NCBI RefSeq assembly: GCF_018977255.1 | Contig: NW_024704743.1 | Coordinates: forward strand, 60,266,001 to 60,330,000 | DNA: 64,000 bases | Reading direction: 5' to 3' | Origin: Callorhinchus milii | Lineage: Eukaryota | Shown: positions 50,661 to 63,838 of the stretch, in pieces | How the letters are laid out: each line of letters opens with the position of its first letter | Numbering within the stretch: position 1 is the stretch's first letter | Notes under the pieces: generated by a model | The model's database searches: none | Told to the model about the DNA's origin: nothing | Seen by the model: only the letters and a program-made list of their open reading frames with translations | Translations under genes and position numbers: made by a program

Positions 50661-51251
50661 TGCTGCAGTTGCTTCAATTTATCAACACCCTTGCAGTCCT
50701 CAATGCAATTTAGTCTGAACTGCAGGTTAAACCTCTGAAAGAACATTTTTGGAAGTCTTACAATCAAATTAAATCACAAAAGCATAGAGATTGAGTATTC
50801 TGATGATATCAACAAGGACAAAAAGTACTGCAGTTTGAAAAAAATACTATTTTTAAAAAAAAATTAGTGTGTTCAATTATTTTTTCTCATTGGCACATCC
50901 TGGTTCCCAGCCTCTTCATGCTGGAATGCGTTTCCAATGGCAATGGTTGCACTCCACCACCCAGCCTGAGTGCTCATTATTCACATGTGAGCCTTGGCAG
51001 TGAGTATTGGCAGACCACAAGACCGCAATGGGAATCAGTCACCCCAAGTGTTTTTTATTCTCCCTCCCCCTTTGGTCAATTTAGATTTCACATGTAGCCA
51101 TGGCTGAGACAAGCAAATTTAGATTTTTTTCTTTATTGTTTTACAGATCTAAACTAGCTTAACTTAATACAAAGTTTTCGACCTATTAGCAACATATTCA
51201 GGGATCAAAACCAAGTAATACCTGACTGTTGGCACGTTTTATGTTGCTTAC

Positions 51252-51371
51252 CTGACAAATTCGAGAAATTCCATATTCCCCACTTTTCCAAAAGTAAGAA
51301 AAGTGCCCGTAACCCGTCTGGAACAGATATGCTGCCACAAGAACACGCACATTCATGTAAATGGGTACAAA
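51252..51371 (-). CDS. CASD1: CASD1 exon 11 (120 nt)
   Basis: ttttag|FVPIYMNVRVLVAAYLFQTGYGHFSYFWKSGEYGISRICQ|gtaagc. Confidence 0.96.
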
Positions 51372-51593
51372 CTAAAAAAAAGAGAACAACAAAGTCTGCT
51401 ATCATTCCCATGTCCACATGAGTGACAGGTTAATCCAAAAGAAGAAATGTACAATAGGGTAAAACTTGCAAATACACTCAGACATTTAACAGGAGTATCG
51501 ATAAGGGCCATATAAATTTGTGACAAAAACTGCTATTAATTAAATATAAATGCTTAATAGGTGTGGGTAGAACAGATAAAGGCTGATACTTAC

Positions 51594-51683
51594 TGTACTT
51601 GCTCCAGATATATGATATATCAGTATTATTAGTTGCATCCATCCCTTCCATTCATCAGTTTGCTCTCTGTTCAGCATTGTTGT
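51594..51683 (-). CDS. CASD1: CASD1 exon 10 (90 nt)
   Basis: ctccag|[30 protein letters not shown]|gtaagt (Cas1 acyltransferase motif [14 protein letters not shown]). Confidence 0.97.
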
Positions 51684-52897
51684 CTGGAGAAGAACAAGTT
51701 GTTCAAAACCATACTTAAATATCTGATAATTTAAACAATTCTCAATTGTTCTCCATGCCACATTGTATAATTGAGAACAGGGATCAATTGGCCTATAAAA
51801 TTCTAAAGAAAATCCACAGATCCTATAACAACTTGTGTTTATATAACGGCCTTCATGTAGGGTAGCTGCTGTAGCTTCTTGAAGTGCGTAACGTGGTGGA
51901 GCTCGACTTCAAGACAGGGGGAGGGTAGAGGTGACCGTAAGCACAGTCAAAGAAGGAGGTCTTCAGGTGTGATTTGAAGGTGGGCAAGGAGATTAAGGTA
52001 GAGAGTTCCAGAGTCTAGGGGCATAGTGGCCTGAAAACATGGTGGAGCGGAGGGGACAAGGGATGTGCAGGAGGCCAGAGTCTGCTGAGCGAAGTGGGAG
52101 GGTAAATCTAACCAAAGAATTACTAGGTGGATAAAGTTTACTTTGTTCCCATCGCTCAGGTGTAGTCAGGTAAATTGAAAAGGTGAAAAGCATTGAGGAT
52201 ATGGGAACATAGTAACCATTAATTTTTCTGACACAGGTTAAAGAGGCCATCAAGCCTTTTGAGCTTGTTCAGTCAGTTTATTGGTTCTTGGCAGATCTCT
52301 TAATCTCATTTTTCTGCCTTTTCTCCATGTTCTTAGTATCATTTAATTGCTTTACTTTCTGAGTAGCTGTTTCCCTTTTAAACCATTCAATTGATTCTGC
52401 CTCCCAGTGTTCTCGGGGCAGTGGTTTCCATATTTTTATGACATTCTCTGTGAAATGTTTTCTGATTTTGCTTTTAATTTTATTAGCTCTGATCTTAAGA
52501 TAATATCCTCTTGTTTTAGATTCTCTCTACCAAAGTTAAACAAACATCGCCAACCACCTGGACTATAAGGAATATAACCAAAGTTTACTCAACAAGGTTC
52601 ACCTCAGATATTAATCTAGTGAATCAACATGGAATGTCCTCAATGGACACCCGGTACTCCAACAACGGTAATTAAAATTATATACACAAGAAATCATTTT
52701 CTGCAGAAAACAGATGATATAATTCCAAACCTAAATTAAACTAAAATCCTTTGCTATACATACTTGTATAACAGCCATATTATGTAATGTGTAAATTGCT
52801 TTCATAATGTCTATGAAAGGGATTTCCTTTCAATTCCAGGTTATAAATTAAAATTAGCAACTGGTATGAATGAATACTAACATTAATGTGCAATAGT

Positions 52898-53278
52898 ATA
52901 ATAATAATCCTTGCATTTGATACAGCACCTTATCACATCTTCTAGACGTCTCAAAGCGCTTTACAGAACATACTGTAAAGTGAATTAATTGACTGTATAT
53001 TTTGTGGGCAAAACACGGCAGCCACTTGCGTACAGCAGTGTCCCACAAACAGTCATGGATTGAGCGACCAAATTATTATTATTGAATTATTTTTTGAAGG
53101 GATTATTACCCTTGGAAGAGCGATCCGACAATCACTAACAACTGGGTTCCTATTTACTTCAAGGTAAACAAAGATGTGTGGAGTAAAGAACTTGCCCAAC
53201 AAATCGCCCTGTCGGGAATCGAACCCAGGACCTCTTGCTTGCGAGCCGAGTGCTCTAACCACTAAGCTACAGGACTCC
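52898..53278 (-). mobile_element. SINE family A, full length
   Basis: Head taaccactaagctacaggactcc; tail aataatccttgcatttgata. Confidence 0.9.
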
Positions 53279-53403
53279 TTCAGTTATAAAGCATTCTAAC
53301 TTTGCTGCAATTTCAATATTGGTGTAGAATGTAAGTAAAGTACTCAAATAGTAAAACTGTTTACAGAAGATAAACACATTAGAAATAGGGAAACTTTTAA
53401 TAC

Positions 53404-53826
53404 CTCTTTTGTGTTTTCATTGTAGAATATTCCCAGCACAAAAATATGCACCAGCGGCACAAAGAACGTTGCATGTGTGTAATATTTCTGCTCTTTCATG
53501 AACAAATTAGCTCGGTCACAAAGATAGAAATAGGCCATGATTAGGCCTAATTTAGAGAGGGCCCAGAGTAATTTTTCTGGATTGGAGTGTGAAGGTGAAG
53601 CTTTGGCAGGTTTTTTCTCTTCCCCACTCTCAACATCAGTGATAGGTTTACTCTTCCGTTCATTGTGGTAAAAGAGCATCACCCCCATGCAGCCAATAAT
53701 ACAAATACCAAAAAAACAGCCAGTCAATTGCTGAATCAAAGAAAGAGGAGGCTGGGGAAGGCAGCAGGAACCGTCAATGGGTTTCACAATCCTATTGCAA
53801 TACGAGTTCATGAGAATCATAGCACT
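53404..53826 (-). CDS. CASD1: CASD1 exon 9 (423 nt)
   Basis: ttgcag|SAMILMNSYCNRIVKPIDGSCC...KLGLIMAYFYLCDRANLFMKEQKYYTH...NENTKE|gtatta. Confidence 0.97.
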
Positions 53827-53944
53827 CTGCAAAAGAAAATGTTACAATTTATTGTTTCATCTACCAACATTTTAGGATTTAGAATATTAAATAAGAAATC
53901 CATAATAGGTTTCCTCATCAGCCAATGCGTCTCCATTTTATTCC

Positions 53945-54292
53945 ATTATATTAATAATCCTTGCATTTTATATAGCACCTTATCATGCTGTTGGGATGTC
54001 TCAAAGAGCTTCACAGAATATATTGTAAAGTGGAGTGACTGTGTATTTTGTGGGCGAAACGGAAACAAGGCAGCCAATTGCACACAACAATGTTGCACAA
54101 ACAGTCGTGGATTGAGCGACTGTTTTTTAAAAGGGATTATTATTCCTGGAAAGTGATCCCCCAATTGACTAACAACCGGGTTCCTACCTACTACTAGGTA
54201 AACGGAGTAAGGAAACTTGTCTAAGGTTTCGCCCCGGGAGTCGAACTTGGGTCCGCTCGCTTGTGAGGCGAGCACGCTAACCACTGCACTAC
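53945..54292 (-). mobile_element. SINE family A
   Basis: Same head, core and tail as the other copies. Confidence 0.88.
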
Positions 54293-56568
54293 ATGATTAT
54301 GCTGCAAACATGACAATGCTATTAATCCCCGATGGTACATATAGTAGAACTCCATTATAATGCAGTGGTGGTGTCCATCAAATCTGCCTTATAAAGAAGG
54401 TGATCGCTGATCATGCTTTCACTGCACACACATGCAGAAAGCTGGCTGGCTTCCTATGTTACTGTATCATTCATCATTAGTCTTTTAAATATAAACTGAT
54501 TATAAAGGAATATAGAAATTTATTAAAAACAATCAATTTACTTGTTTTTAAGGGTGTTGTGTAACTTTGTATTGTTGTCCTGTGTGTATCATGTCCTACC
54601 ATTACTCTGCCACATACTTCCCACAGTAAAATATCAGCTGAGCTTGTCACAACTTTCACTCCCTCCCACCTCTACATCAGGGTGTATCATTCCTCAGTCG
54701 GGATTGAAAAATGGGGAGGTGCTGGTGTCAGGGTAATAACCACAGACATGAACACAAAGTGTGTTGGATCATTTTGAGGGGATTAGCAAATTCATATTTA
54801 TATAAAACCCGAGGCAAAACTAAGATTTGAAGACTTACAGCTGAGGAGCACTCGGGAAACTTCAAAGGCTTGCACTATTATAGGCTCAGACATTACTTTT
54901 ACTTGTGGCACCTGGATAGGAAACTTGGCAGACTATACACATGAACTTCTTGCTATGGGCTAAACAGCCCATAATTTAGCAATATTTGGGCAATCATGTT
55001 TAGAGGCTGAAGGATAAGTAATGTGGGGAAGAAAACCTTCCAGAACAATACACGAGCCCTTTTTTGTGCCGTGCACCTCTGACCAACAGAATATTGTGCA
55101 CTCTTGCCAACCGCCTTCTTTTCCATCTGATTATTTACATTACGCAGAACTAATGCTGCTTACACTTCTGTAGAGCAGAGGTTTTATTAAATTGTATTCT
55201 TGTAAATTTGCATTACAACAAATTTTCTCCGAGCATGGGATTTAAAAAAAAATGGTTAACCACTGCCTTTGTTTTCTCTCAGTCTGATTTATACAGTCCT
55301 TGGTTCTCTCTCATTGATTTCCTTGCCTTGTCCTCAAACAACATGTACTAAAACTGACTGATGGAGTTTCTATTCAAGGTGAACTTTGCATTGTGTATAA
55401 CATCCTGCCTCCCCAATGCACATTGTATACAAGCAGCCTTCAATCACTGTAACAGTTACAGGACTTGTGGTTCAATGTTACTTCTGGGACACAGAATAGC
55501 AATGGAGACACTGCAATGAAGATAGGTGGTTGGATAAAAATAGGGTCACAAGTCCATGCCCTATAGTATTCTAGTACTTCTAATTGTTAAGGAAACCAAA
55601 TATTGCTGAAGCACGTAGAATCTTTCAACCTCCTCAGTCTTACAAAGAAATGCAAACTGCTACCTACATATATGTAGTTATAAAATCAGTTTATGTGTTT
55701 ATATCTAAGCTAAATAAGAACCAACTGTCCTTTATGCAATTCCTTGCATCTATTTACTCTAGAATTTAACCTCACCTGGCTTTTATTTGGTCCATGCTGA
55801 GCATTTGGCAGCAATTCAGCAGAAAATGTAGAGCATAAATTAGGTTTGAGCCAAGCAATAATCAGGGTTTACTAGTAGAGGCTTGTTCCTGACACCAGCA
55901 CTTTGATTTATCTCATTGCAGTATAGATGTGGTGAGTGAAAATCTCCACGAATCTGCTCCTCTATTGAAAAAAATTCACACAAAGTCCACTGAATCTCCC
56001 AGGAACACTGAACGGATTATTTTTGATGTTATCAGAGAATTGACCATGTGACAAATTCTTCAACAACATTAAAAACGTATTGCTAAACTATCCAAGCACA
56101 GAATTCCCAAATCAGGGTTTCTGTTTTTAACAATCTGATTCATTCCAATGTAGAACAGGAAATATAAATTAGGCTTCTGGCTTCATGTCACTGCTGGGAA
56201 AGAAGGAGCTGTACTTCCAGTAGTGTAAACATTAAGAACATTAGCTCCACAGAGGAACAACCACTCTGTAGAATATGGGCAACTAGTGTACAGTATTACT
56301 GCAAGTTGAATAAGCATATTGCAATGTTAGCTATGATCTTCATAACCAAGGCATGAAGTACCATAGTACCAAAACACATCAGCTGTTTTTATGCAGCTCA
56401 CAATTAGATTATAAATGCAAAAATATACAACCAGTGATGAATAATACTTAAACATTTGTTAACATTTCAACAGCCTTTGTTCAGAGCTTAAATATTCTCA
56501 AAATGTCACTACAAAATTTCAAAAGTAAAACTTCTAAACATTACAGCTGTGGTCACAAGATAACTTAC

Positions 56569-56783
56569 AATATCTCTGGTAGTTTCAGGTAAATGCAAGC
56601 CATCTAAAGATGCTACAATAGTTTCATCTGCAATCAGTTTGGAAGCCCTCAAGATTTTGACCTTGGCTGCAGCACTTCTGGTACTGCTGTTCAAAATGCT
56701 CAGAGCTGCCTTATTGTATAATGCAATCCTCTGATTTGTGATCATCTTCCTGTTCTCACTCAGCACGTTTTCATAGACTGGAT
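56569..56783 (-). CDS. CASD1: CASD1 exon 8 (215 nt; catalytic DxxH motif DGLH)
   Basis: tgccag|(D)PVYENVLSENRKMITNQRI...SLDGLHLPETTRDI|gtaagt. Confidence 0.97.
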
Positions 56784-56920
56784 CTGGCAAGAAACAAAAA
56801 AATGAACTCAATTATCCTTACAGTTACAAAGCATCTTTATTACAAATGAAGATTTCTTTAGAAAATGTATCATTCATAAAACCTCACACTAGGATAAATA
56901 ATTGATGTGGATGATTTTAC

Positions 56921-57044
56921 CTTGCAGAACCCAATAAACTTCACGAGTTTCTGATAACTTCTCCAACACAGGCAAAATTGATGTAAGATTGATTTTATAT
57001 TGGTTGAGGGCTTCCTTACTTCCATTATGTATCTTAATTGACCA
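56921..57044 (-). CDS. CASD1: CASD1 exon 7 (124 nt)
   Basis: ttacag|WSIKIHNGSKEALNQYKINLTSILPVLEKLSETREVYWVLQ|gtaaaa. Confidence 0.95.
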
Positions 57045-57140
57045 CTGTAAAGAAAAAAGCATTTATTTTTTGAACTTAAGTTAAAGCATTCTACAATTCA
57101 AATTAAAGAGAAATGAAAACATAAAAGTATATTAATTTAC

Positions 57141-57191
57141 CGTAGCAGCGCCTATCACAATAATATGGGGTTTGGGTTGGATATCTTGCAC
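57141..57191 (-). CDS. CASD1: CASD1 exon 6 (51 nt)
   Basis: gttcag|VQDIQPKPHIIVIGAAT|gtaaat (human KPHVIVAGAAT). Confidence 0.9.
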
Positions 57192-57234
57192 CTGAACAAA
57201 AAACAAACACATTTCAAGTCAAATTAATTTCTTA

Positions 57235-57620
57235 AACAACAACAACTTGCATTTATGCAGCGCCCTTCACGCGGGGAGCGTCCCAGACTACTTGACAGTC
57301 TGACAACGAGCCAAGAGAGGGGGGAGGGTGGTGACCGTAACCACCATCAAAAAGGAATTGAAAGTGGGAAGGTGGGGCAAGGTGGAGAGACTGAGGGAGA
57401 GAGTTCAGGAGTTTTGGACCGTAATGGCTGAAGGCACAGCCACCAATGGTGGAGTGGAGGAGACGAGGGACAACGAGGTGGCTGAAGCCAACCGAGCAGC
57501 GGGTGGTGGAAAGGGGGGTAAGCGGATTGAATAGGTAGGCAGGTGCGAGGACATGAAGGGATTCGAAAATGAGTGAGAGGATCTTGAAATCGATCCATTT
57601 GATGTGATGGGGATACAGAG
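57235..57620 (-). mobile_element. L2 3' fragment
   Basis: Tail acaacaacaacttgcatttatgcagcgcc; gctgaaggcacagccaccaatggtggag. Confidence 0.85.
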
Positions 57621-59501
57621 TTTTTGTCCGGGTGGGTATCCATGCAGCGGAGTTTTTAATTAATTGATGTCTTAAAGAAATTATGTGTTTTTTGGTAATA
57701 GGGAAGATATCATGACTATTTGGTCACCGTGTAGAAAAAGGGCTACTCAAACATTCTAAGCTTTTTTTAAAAAAAGGTTACTAAAGAGTTTGTCTCTTTG
57801 AAAACTAACAATTTGCAATTGTATAATAAATACCAATTCTTGTATTTGATATACTACCTCATCACAAAGAAGACAACGTGCAAAGCGCTATATCAAATGC
57901 AATGATTATTATTATTATTATCATCATCACGTCTTCAAAAATCTCAAAGTGCTTAAGAGGATATACAGGAAGGTGTATTGTAGGCAAGTGCATTTCATCT
58001 AAACTAACTTCTCAAATTGCTTGAGAAATGTGGTGGTGGACACCAAGTAGTGAAATAAAGAACTTAAAGATGATGAACAAAGCGTGGTGGATAGTGTTTT
58101 TGAAGACGGAGAGAAGTAGTAAGGGAAAGTGTTTTTTGAAGAGAGTTCAAAAAGACAACAGCATAAAACAAAGGCACGGCGAGTGACAGTGGAACAAGGG
58201 GAATGGAAAATGAGTCAGAAAAGTCGAGGGGATAGGCTTGAGATGGTTACACAAGGCCAAGGTGGGGTTTTAACAAGGTGGGATCCCTCTAGCTGTAGCA
58301 CAATGATTGGGCTTGAAGGTCTCTAATTACAACAATTTTACACTTATATTGTGCCTGTCATGTTGGGAGGAGATGCTACGTGGATGAAGGGCATCATACA
58401 AAAGCAAGTTACCGTTGTTCCAAAATGATTCACAGAGCTGATTATGGAGAACCATAGCTTTAAGAAAACAGGATCACTATTCAATTCAGCTAGTATTATG
58501 GAAAGTATTATGTTACAATTGATATAAAAGTATTTTCTCCTGCGTTCTTCTTCCTTGAATAAAAAGGTGATTGAACAAATTTTAAAAACTCCCATACATC
58601 AGACCATTGTGCCAAAGATGTGGGGTGTTCAGAGCTTATAATAGGTTATAATAATAATACTTGCATTTGATATAGCACATTTCACACTGGGAGGAAGTCT
58701 CAAAGAGTTTCAATGGATATACTGAGAAGTGTATTGACTGAGTATTTTGTACGCAAAGGCGACAATCAATTTGCACATAGCAAGAGCGCTATCAACTGAG
58801 CCAGACTGACTCCTGATTGACAGTTGATAAATAACATCGGAAATTTCACCATTTAACAGATTTGATGTGATCACAACCAGAACAAAGCTTCAGACGCAAG
58901 AAGCAGTTCTCTTGATGAAATCAGGATATCTAAAATAGCAGGTCACCTGCTGTGAAGAGGGGGATGGAAGAGGCAGACTGCATTAAGTTGAAATCCTCTT
59001 AAAAAATATTCAAGAAACACTTCAGGTTGAAGAAAGTCTCCTTTAAGTCTACTTTCTTCAACTGATTTTGACTAATGTTAGGTAAATGAAATTGATTAAA
59101 ATGTAAGAAATGATGCTTAGTCTTGAAAAAAACTGTAAACTTATGAAAATACTGTGAAATAAAGGAATTTTACAAATATTAACTGAAAGCTTGAAATAAG
59201 CAGTCTCCACAATATGTTATTTAAAATATTGCCAAAGGACCAATCTATAGGGAAGCTAATGTAGTTAGCTAGAGTACTTCAGGAGTGAACATTTTGCTGG
59301 AAAACATTATTCCAGATTTATGGTACTGTACAAACCTGTAGTTTTGCATTAAATATGAAACCTCTTCAGTAACAATAAATTTACGAAACTAATTTCTTTC
59401 AGCAATTCTCAGTGTGCTCATTCTGAAATTATATCAACACTTGTTCATTCTACAAAAACTCGGTGCTGGCAATATTTACAGTTGGATGTTTTTAAACAAA
59501 C

Positions 59502-59564
59502 CTCGGTCCAGGCCTTAAAACAGTCCTTCATAGAGTTGTTTACTTCGGGATACCACAGAAAATC
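59502..59564 (-). CDS. CASD1: CASD1 exon 5 (63 nt)
   Basis: taacag|DFLWYPEVNNSMKDCFKAWTE|gtttgt. Confidence 0.95.
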
Positions 59565-60251
59565 CTGTTAAAATAAAGTGTAATTAATGCTAATAATCTA
59601 GCTTGAAAAGTTTTGGATGCCAACTAAATCTTGCCTACTGTGGTCACCTGTGCATCACCACATGGTTCAGAGGTCACCTGTGAGCATATGACTTCCAGTC
59701 AATCAACAGGTCTGCAGTGGGTGTGCTATCGAAGCCGAAAAACATAAGATAATTTTTACCAATTGTCTTACAAACAGTTTGGCTATTTAGGGTGAACTAA
59801 CGTCACTGCATTCTCTGGCCTACTACCTCTCTACCAGAGTATGGATAACCAACACCCAGGACATTCTTGAACTTGGCCTGTGAGACTCATTAGCACACAA
59901 AGTGGTGCATTTAGCCACGAAGATAAATTTAACAGCTAAATCACACAAGTCACCCACACCACTGATATCTTTCAAAGAATGTATTACATTAAGGGGAAAC
60001 TATACATTTTCAAATAAAATGCAGTGCTAGAATCTTAATGTCTGCACAATGCAACTGCATAGAGACCCAAGGACATGGCTGAGATTTTCCTTTCTGAGTA
60101 AGCTTTTAAAAAGTAATTCCCTTAAATATTTCTCCTTTTGAATCTCTTCTATGGTTGCATTATTAAAATAAATACTACTGATCACATTAAAACAAAAACA
60201 AGATGTTCCAGAACTTATTAGGGTAAAATGTGAAGGAACACGGGCACTTAC

Positions 60252-60296
60252 AACTTTTAATGAAGCACTTCGATCTTCAAAGGAAATGTTTTCATG
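60252..60296 (-). CDS. CASD1: CASD1 exon 4 (45 nt)
   Basis: taacag|HENISFEDRSASLKV|gtaagt. Confidence 0.93.
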
Positions 60297-61507
60297 CTGT
60301 TAAAAACAAAAGCCAATATACAGGACATTATTCAACAAAGTGTTGGAGAGAGGGTAAGAGGAGGAGAGAAACGAAGGAAAGGAGTCAAAGAAACATTCAG
60401 AAATACATTTGATCATTCCCATACCTATTATGAACTATCCCGACAACCTTCTAAAGTTTGTTTAATGTACTACAAATTTGCTCAGAAATGATTCCCAAGA
60501 TACCGATTTTTTTTTCTGACACATGCTATTATGATCCTTCATAAATAGCAGAGACCCAATGACACAGAATAGATCACTCCTCATTTATATTAACAAGAAA
60601 TTTAAATTTAGCAATTTGAAACAGAAGAGAAACAGTAGGATAATGTAAAAAAAGAGAATGTATGGACCAAGGGGAGTAAGGATACAAAAGTGGTATGCGA
60701 TAGGAGAGAAGGTGGTTTGGCTTACGGCAGTATTTTGGCCAAATGTTTTGTAAACTAATGGCCATTTAAAAAGGCAATATTCCTTAATTGGTGCGGTTAG
60801 CAGCAGATATTTAATAATGCAGTTTGAACATATGTGAAATAATTTGGCTTTTGGTAGCTCAGTGCTTTTTGCACATTTTACAGCAGAGCACTTATATATT
60901 CAACATAACTAAAGAGGGAGTTTCTTCTAATAAAGCAAAAAACAAGCCACTAATATTTAAAGAGCAACCACAATACAATAACTTTAGGTGTGGCATTAAC
61001 AGCAGGAAACGGAGAAAGCATGGTCTGCAAGCAATAGATAAAAGTCTCAAATGAACAGAAACAAGACCAAGTGACCCACTCAGCTCTCGCCAGCACCTTC
61101 TTTCTTTTGAGATTTTATCAACATTCCCTTTTGTTCACTCCAGCACTGAGCCAGTGCACAACCTTGGCATTTTGATAATCCCGCAGCACGCTTTCGAATC
61201 AGGTGCTTGAACAAGACTGGGTTTCTCCACTTCCGAAATACCTCTCGGAGGACCCCATCTCAACCCTAATTTATCTGTAAAGTTACATTAATGATGATAA
61301 CAGCCCCTGGGATATTATTACAACCTTCTCTTGGTGGATTCTGAGAAGAGCCCATGTCAGGATTTGATCTCATTGTTTTGGATGACACTCCAGTACAGTC
61401 CTAAGGGATTACTGCTATTTTTCAGATCAGACTTTAAACCAAGACCCCACCTGCTTGTTCAGGAGGCTGTTAAAGATTTCATTAACTATTCATTAACTAA
61501 GTGAGAA

Positions 61508-62361
61508 GGGGATTTCTCTTGCTGTCATGGGGAAAGAATTCCTAAACAATCCTAAAGATTAATCTTACCTGGGTTTGGTGCTGCTTGTCACAAACCTCAA
61601 CAACATACTGCAAAATTCATTGTAATGTATTAGGTTATACACAAATTTCTAATGAACCTGTACCTAGCTTCTGGAGGCTTATCTTTTGCCTTTATTATTA
61701 ATAAGAGTATTTTAAGAAATATTTTTAATCCACTTCTAGTTGAAAGTGCAGTAAAACGCTAATGAAATGATAGCATTGGTTTGAGACACAAGAAAACAGT
61801 TGAAGAGGACTTACAAATGTGATTAATACAGAAAAGATTGTGATAACAAGATTATATGTTCAACTCAGGATTTGGTTGATGTTTATCAGCAGCTAAGCTT
61901 TCCTCAGAGGCATACGACTCATGAATTCTTCAACTGGATTACAGCTTTAATGCACAGATCACGGGGCACAATTTGAAAAGAGAAGGGAGTTTCTCCCAGT
62001 TTCCCAGGCAACAATTCCCCAAATAAAATTGGTCACTCATCTCATGGCTGTTTGTGGGACATTGCTGTGAGCAAATTGGCTGCCACATTCACGCCCAAAA
62101 ACACACATAAAGTCAGGGGATTTCTCTTGCTGTCATGGGGAAAGAATTCCTAAACAATCCTAAAGATTAATCTTGCCTGGGTTTGGTGCTGCTTGTCACA
62201 AACCTCAACATACTGCGAAAATCATTGTAGTGTATTAGAAATTTCCAATGAACCTGTACCTAGCTTCTGGAGGCTCATATTTTGACTTTATTATTAATAA
62301 GAGCATTTTAAGAGTTATTTTTAATCCACTTCTAGTTCAAAGTGCAGTAAAACACTAATGA
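61508..62361. repeat. Direct duplication of ~250 bp (61508-61765 and 62116-62361) inside a family B SINE
   Basis: Both copies start ggggatttctcttgctgtcatggggaaagaattcc and end aagtgcagtaaaac.ctaatga. Confidence 0.9.
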
Positions 62362-62819
62362 TCAGTGTATCCTGTAACGCTTTGGGATGTCCTCCTGACA
62401 TAAAAGGTCCTATACCAAATGTAACGATTATTGTTTAACTCCTTTTTATCCATGATATTTGTATAAAACTAGACAGCAATTACTTTATAAATATGTGAAT
62501 GATAAATCTCTTACTGTAATTCTGCTTCTAAAGTGAAACGTATGAGCTTGATAACAAAGGGTCTGGAAGAGTAAGAAAGTTCTGTTCTAATTAAATTGAG
62601 CCCTGGACTTTATCTGGAGTAATGTGTTCAATTGTGGGTATCTGATCTTAGGAAGGACATAGCCATGAAAAGTCTAACCAGCTAAGACCACATAGCAGGC
62701 AACTGAGAGAACTGTCTGGCCAGCTTCCCACTGCCTATCCAGCTGGGACAACCCTATCCAGTAAGGCTTTGGCTAGCAGGGTTAACAGGAGTTGAGTGTG
62801 AAGAATCCCCGCCACGTGT

Positions 62820-63420
62820 GACTGGTCTGCCCTTCCAAGTCTTACCGATGTGCCGTGCTGTCCCTATCTCACATAAAATGCAGTTAGAACTCTCATTCAC
62901 ACCTTTGTAACATCCCGACTCGACTTCTGAAGTGCACTCCTTCCTACTTCCATCCTCAAGCTCTAGCTCATACACCACCTCTACAACCCACAACCTAACC
63001 TTCACCAAACTCTGCATGCCCATCAACCAGTGCTCGTCACACTCCACAATCTCCCCATGGATTGAATCCAAGTTCTTCATCTATAAAACCCTTCAATCCC
63101 TAACGCACATATCCGTGATCTTCTTCTATCATGGCTCATCATACTCAAGTCAAGTCCCTTGCTCCCTCTGTCCCATCATCAGTAGCTGAGCCTTCAGCAA
63201 CTGCACCCCCATGCTGCGGTCCTCTCTTCACTTTTCTGTCTCACCCTTTTTATCTGTCTTTAAATACCACCTGGAACTGACCTCTTCGACTGTGCCTATG
63301 GTCACCTCCCCTTCCTTCTTTCACTCCACCCTTTGCTTGGAGTCCAACACCATCTCTGTGAATTGCTCCGAGAAATTCGCTTACGTGAAGGGTGCTATAC
63401 AGGTGCAAAGTGCTTTTGTG
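62820..63420 (+). mobile_element. Old L2 3' fragment
   Basis: ctcattcacacctttgtaacatcccgactcgac (LIHTFVTSRLD); tail cgtgaagggtgctatac. Confidence 0.75.
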
Positions 63421-63466
63421 CTACCTGCAATGTTCAAATGGAAAAGAAAATGAAAAGGACACGTAC

Positions 63467-63584
63467 CTTGGTTCCTTCTTTCGTACTGGAATTTATAATT
63501 TTAATGAACGAGTAGAACAACTGTCGAATTCTGGAATCTCCTACAAATGCTACGTATTGTTTCGTAAGACAGCTCTTTGCTTCA
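63467..63584 (-). CDS. CASD1: CASD1 exon 3 (118 nt; catalytic GDS motif)
   Basis: ccacag|EAKSCLTKQYVAFVGDSRIRQLFYSFIKIINSSTKEGTK|gtacgt; GDS is the SGNH/GDSL-like nucleophile motif. Confidence 0.96.
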
Positions 63585-63838
63585 CTGTGGGAAGAGAAAG
63601 ATGTTCGTTCAATTAAAAAGTAATTCAGAAAACATTTTCATTGGAATAGCAATAACTTACTTTGTGTGAATGTGCACCTTCGTAATCTAGTGATTTCAAA
63701 ATAGTGAACTATCAATGAAATAATATCAACTCAATTTTTAGACTATTGGACCTGGACCTTGACAGCATCAAGATGGCTGGCACATCACAAGTTGTCCTGT
63801 AAAGATCCTCCCACCGCACTGAAAGCTGATGTCTGCTG

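Noticed and set aside
51222..51251. Possible in-frame alternative donor 30 nt downstream of CASD1 exon 11
   Set aside because: Weaker donor (gtatta) than the canonical gtaagc, and it would insert polar residues into a conserved region; no supporting evidence.
53665..54156. 163-aa + strand ORF
   Set aside because: Antisense shadow of CASD1 exon 9 running into a SINE.
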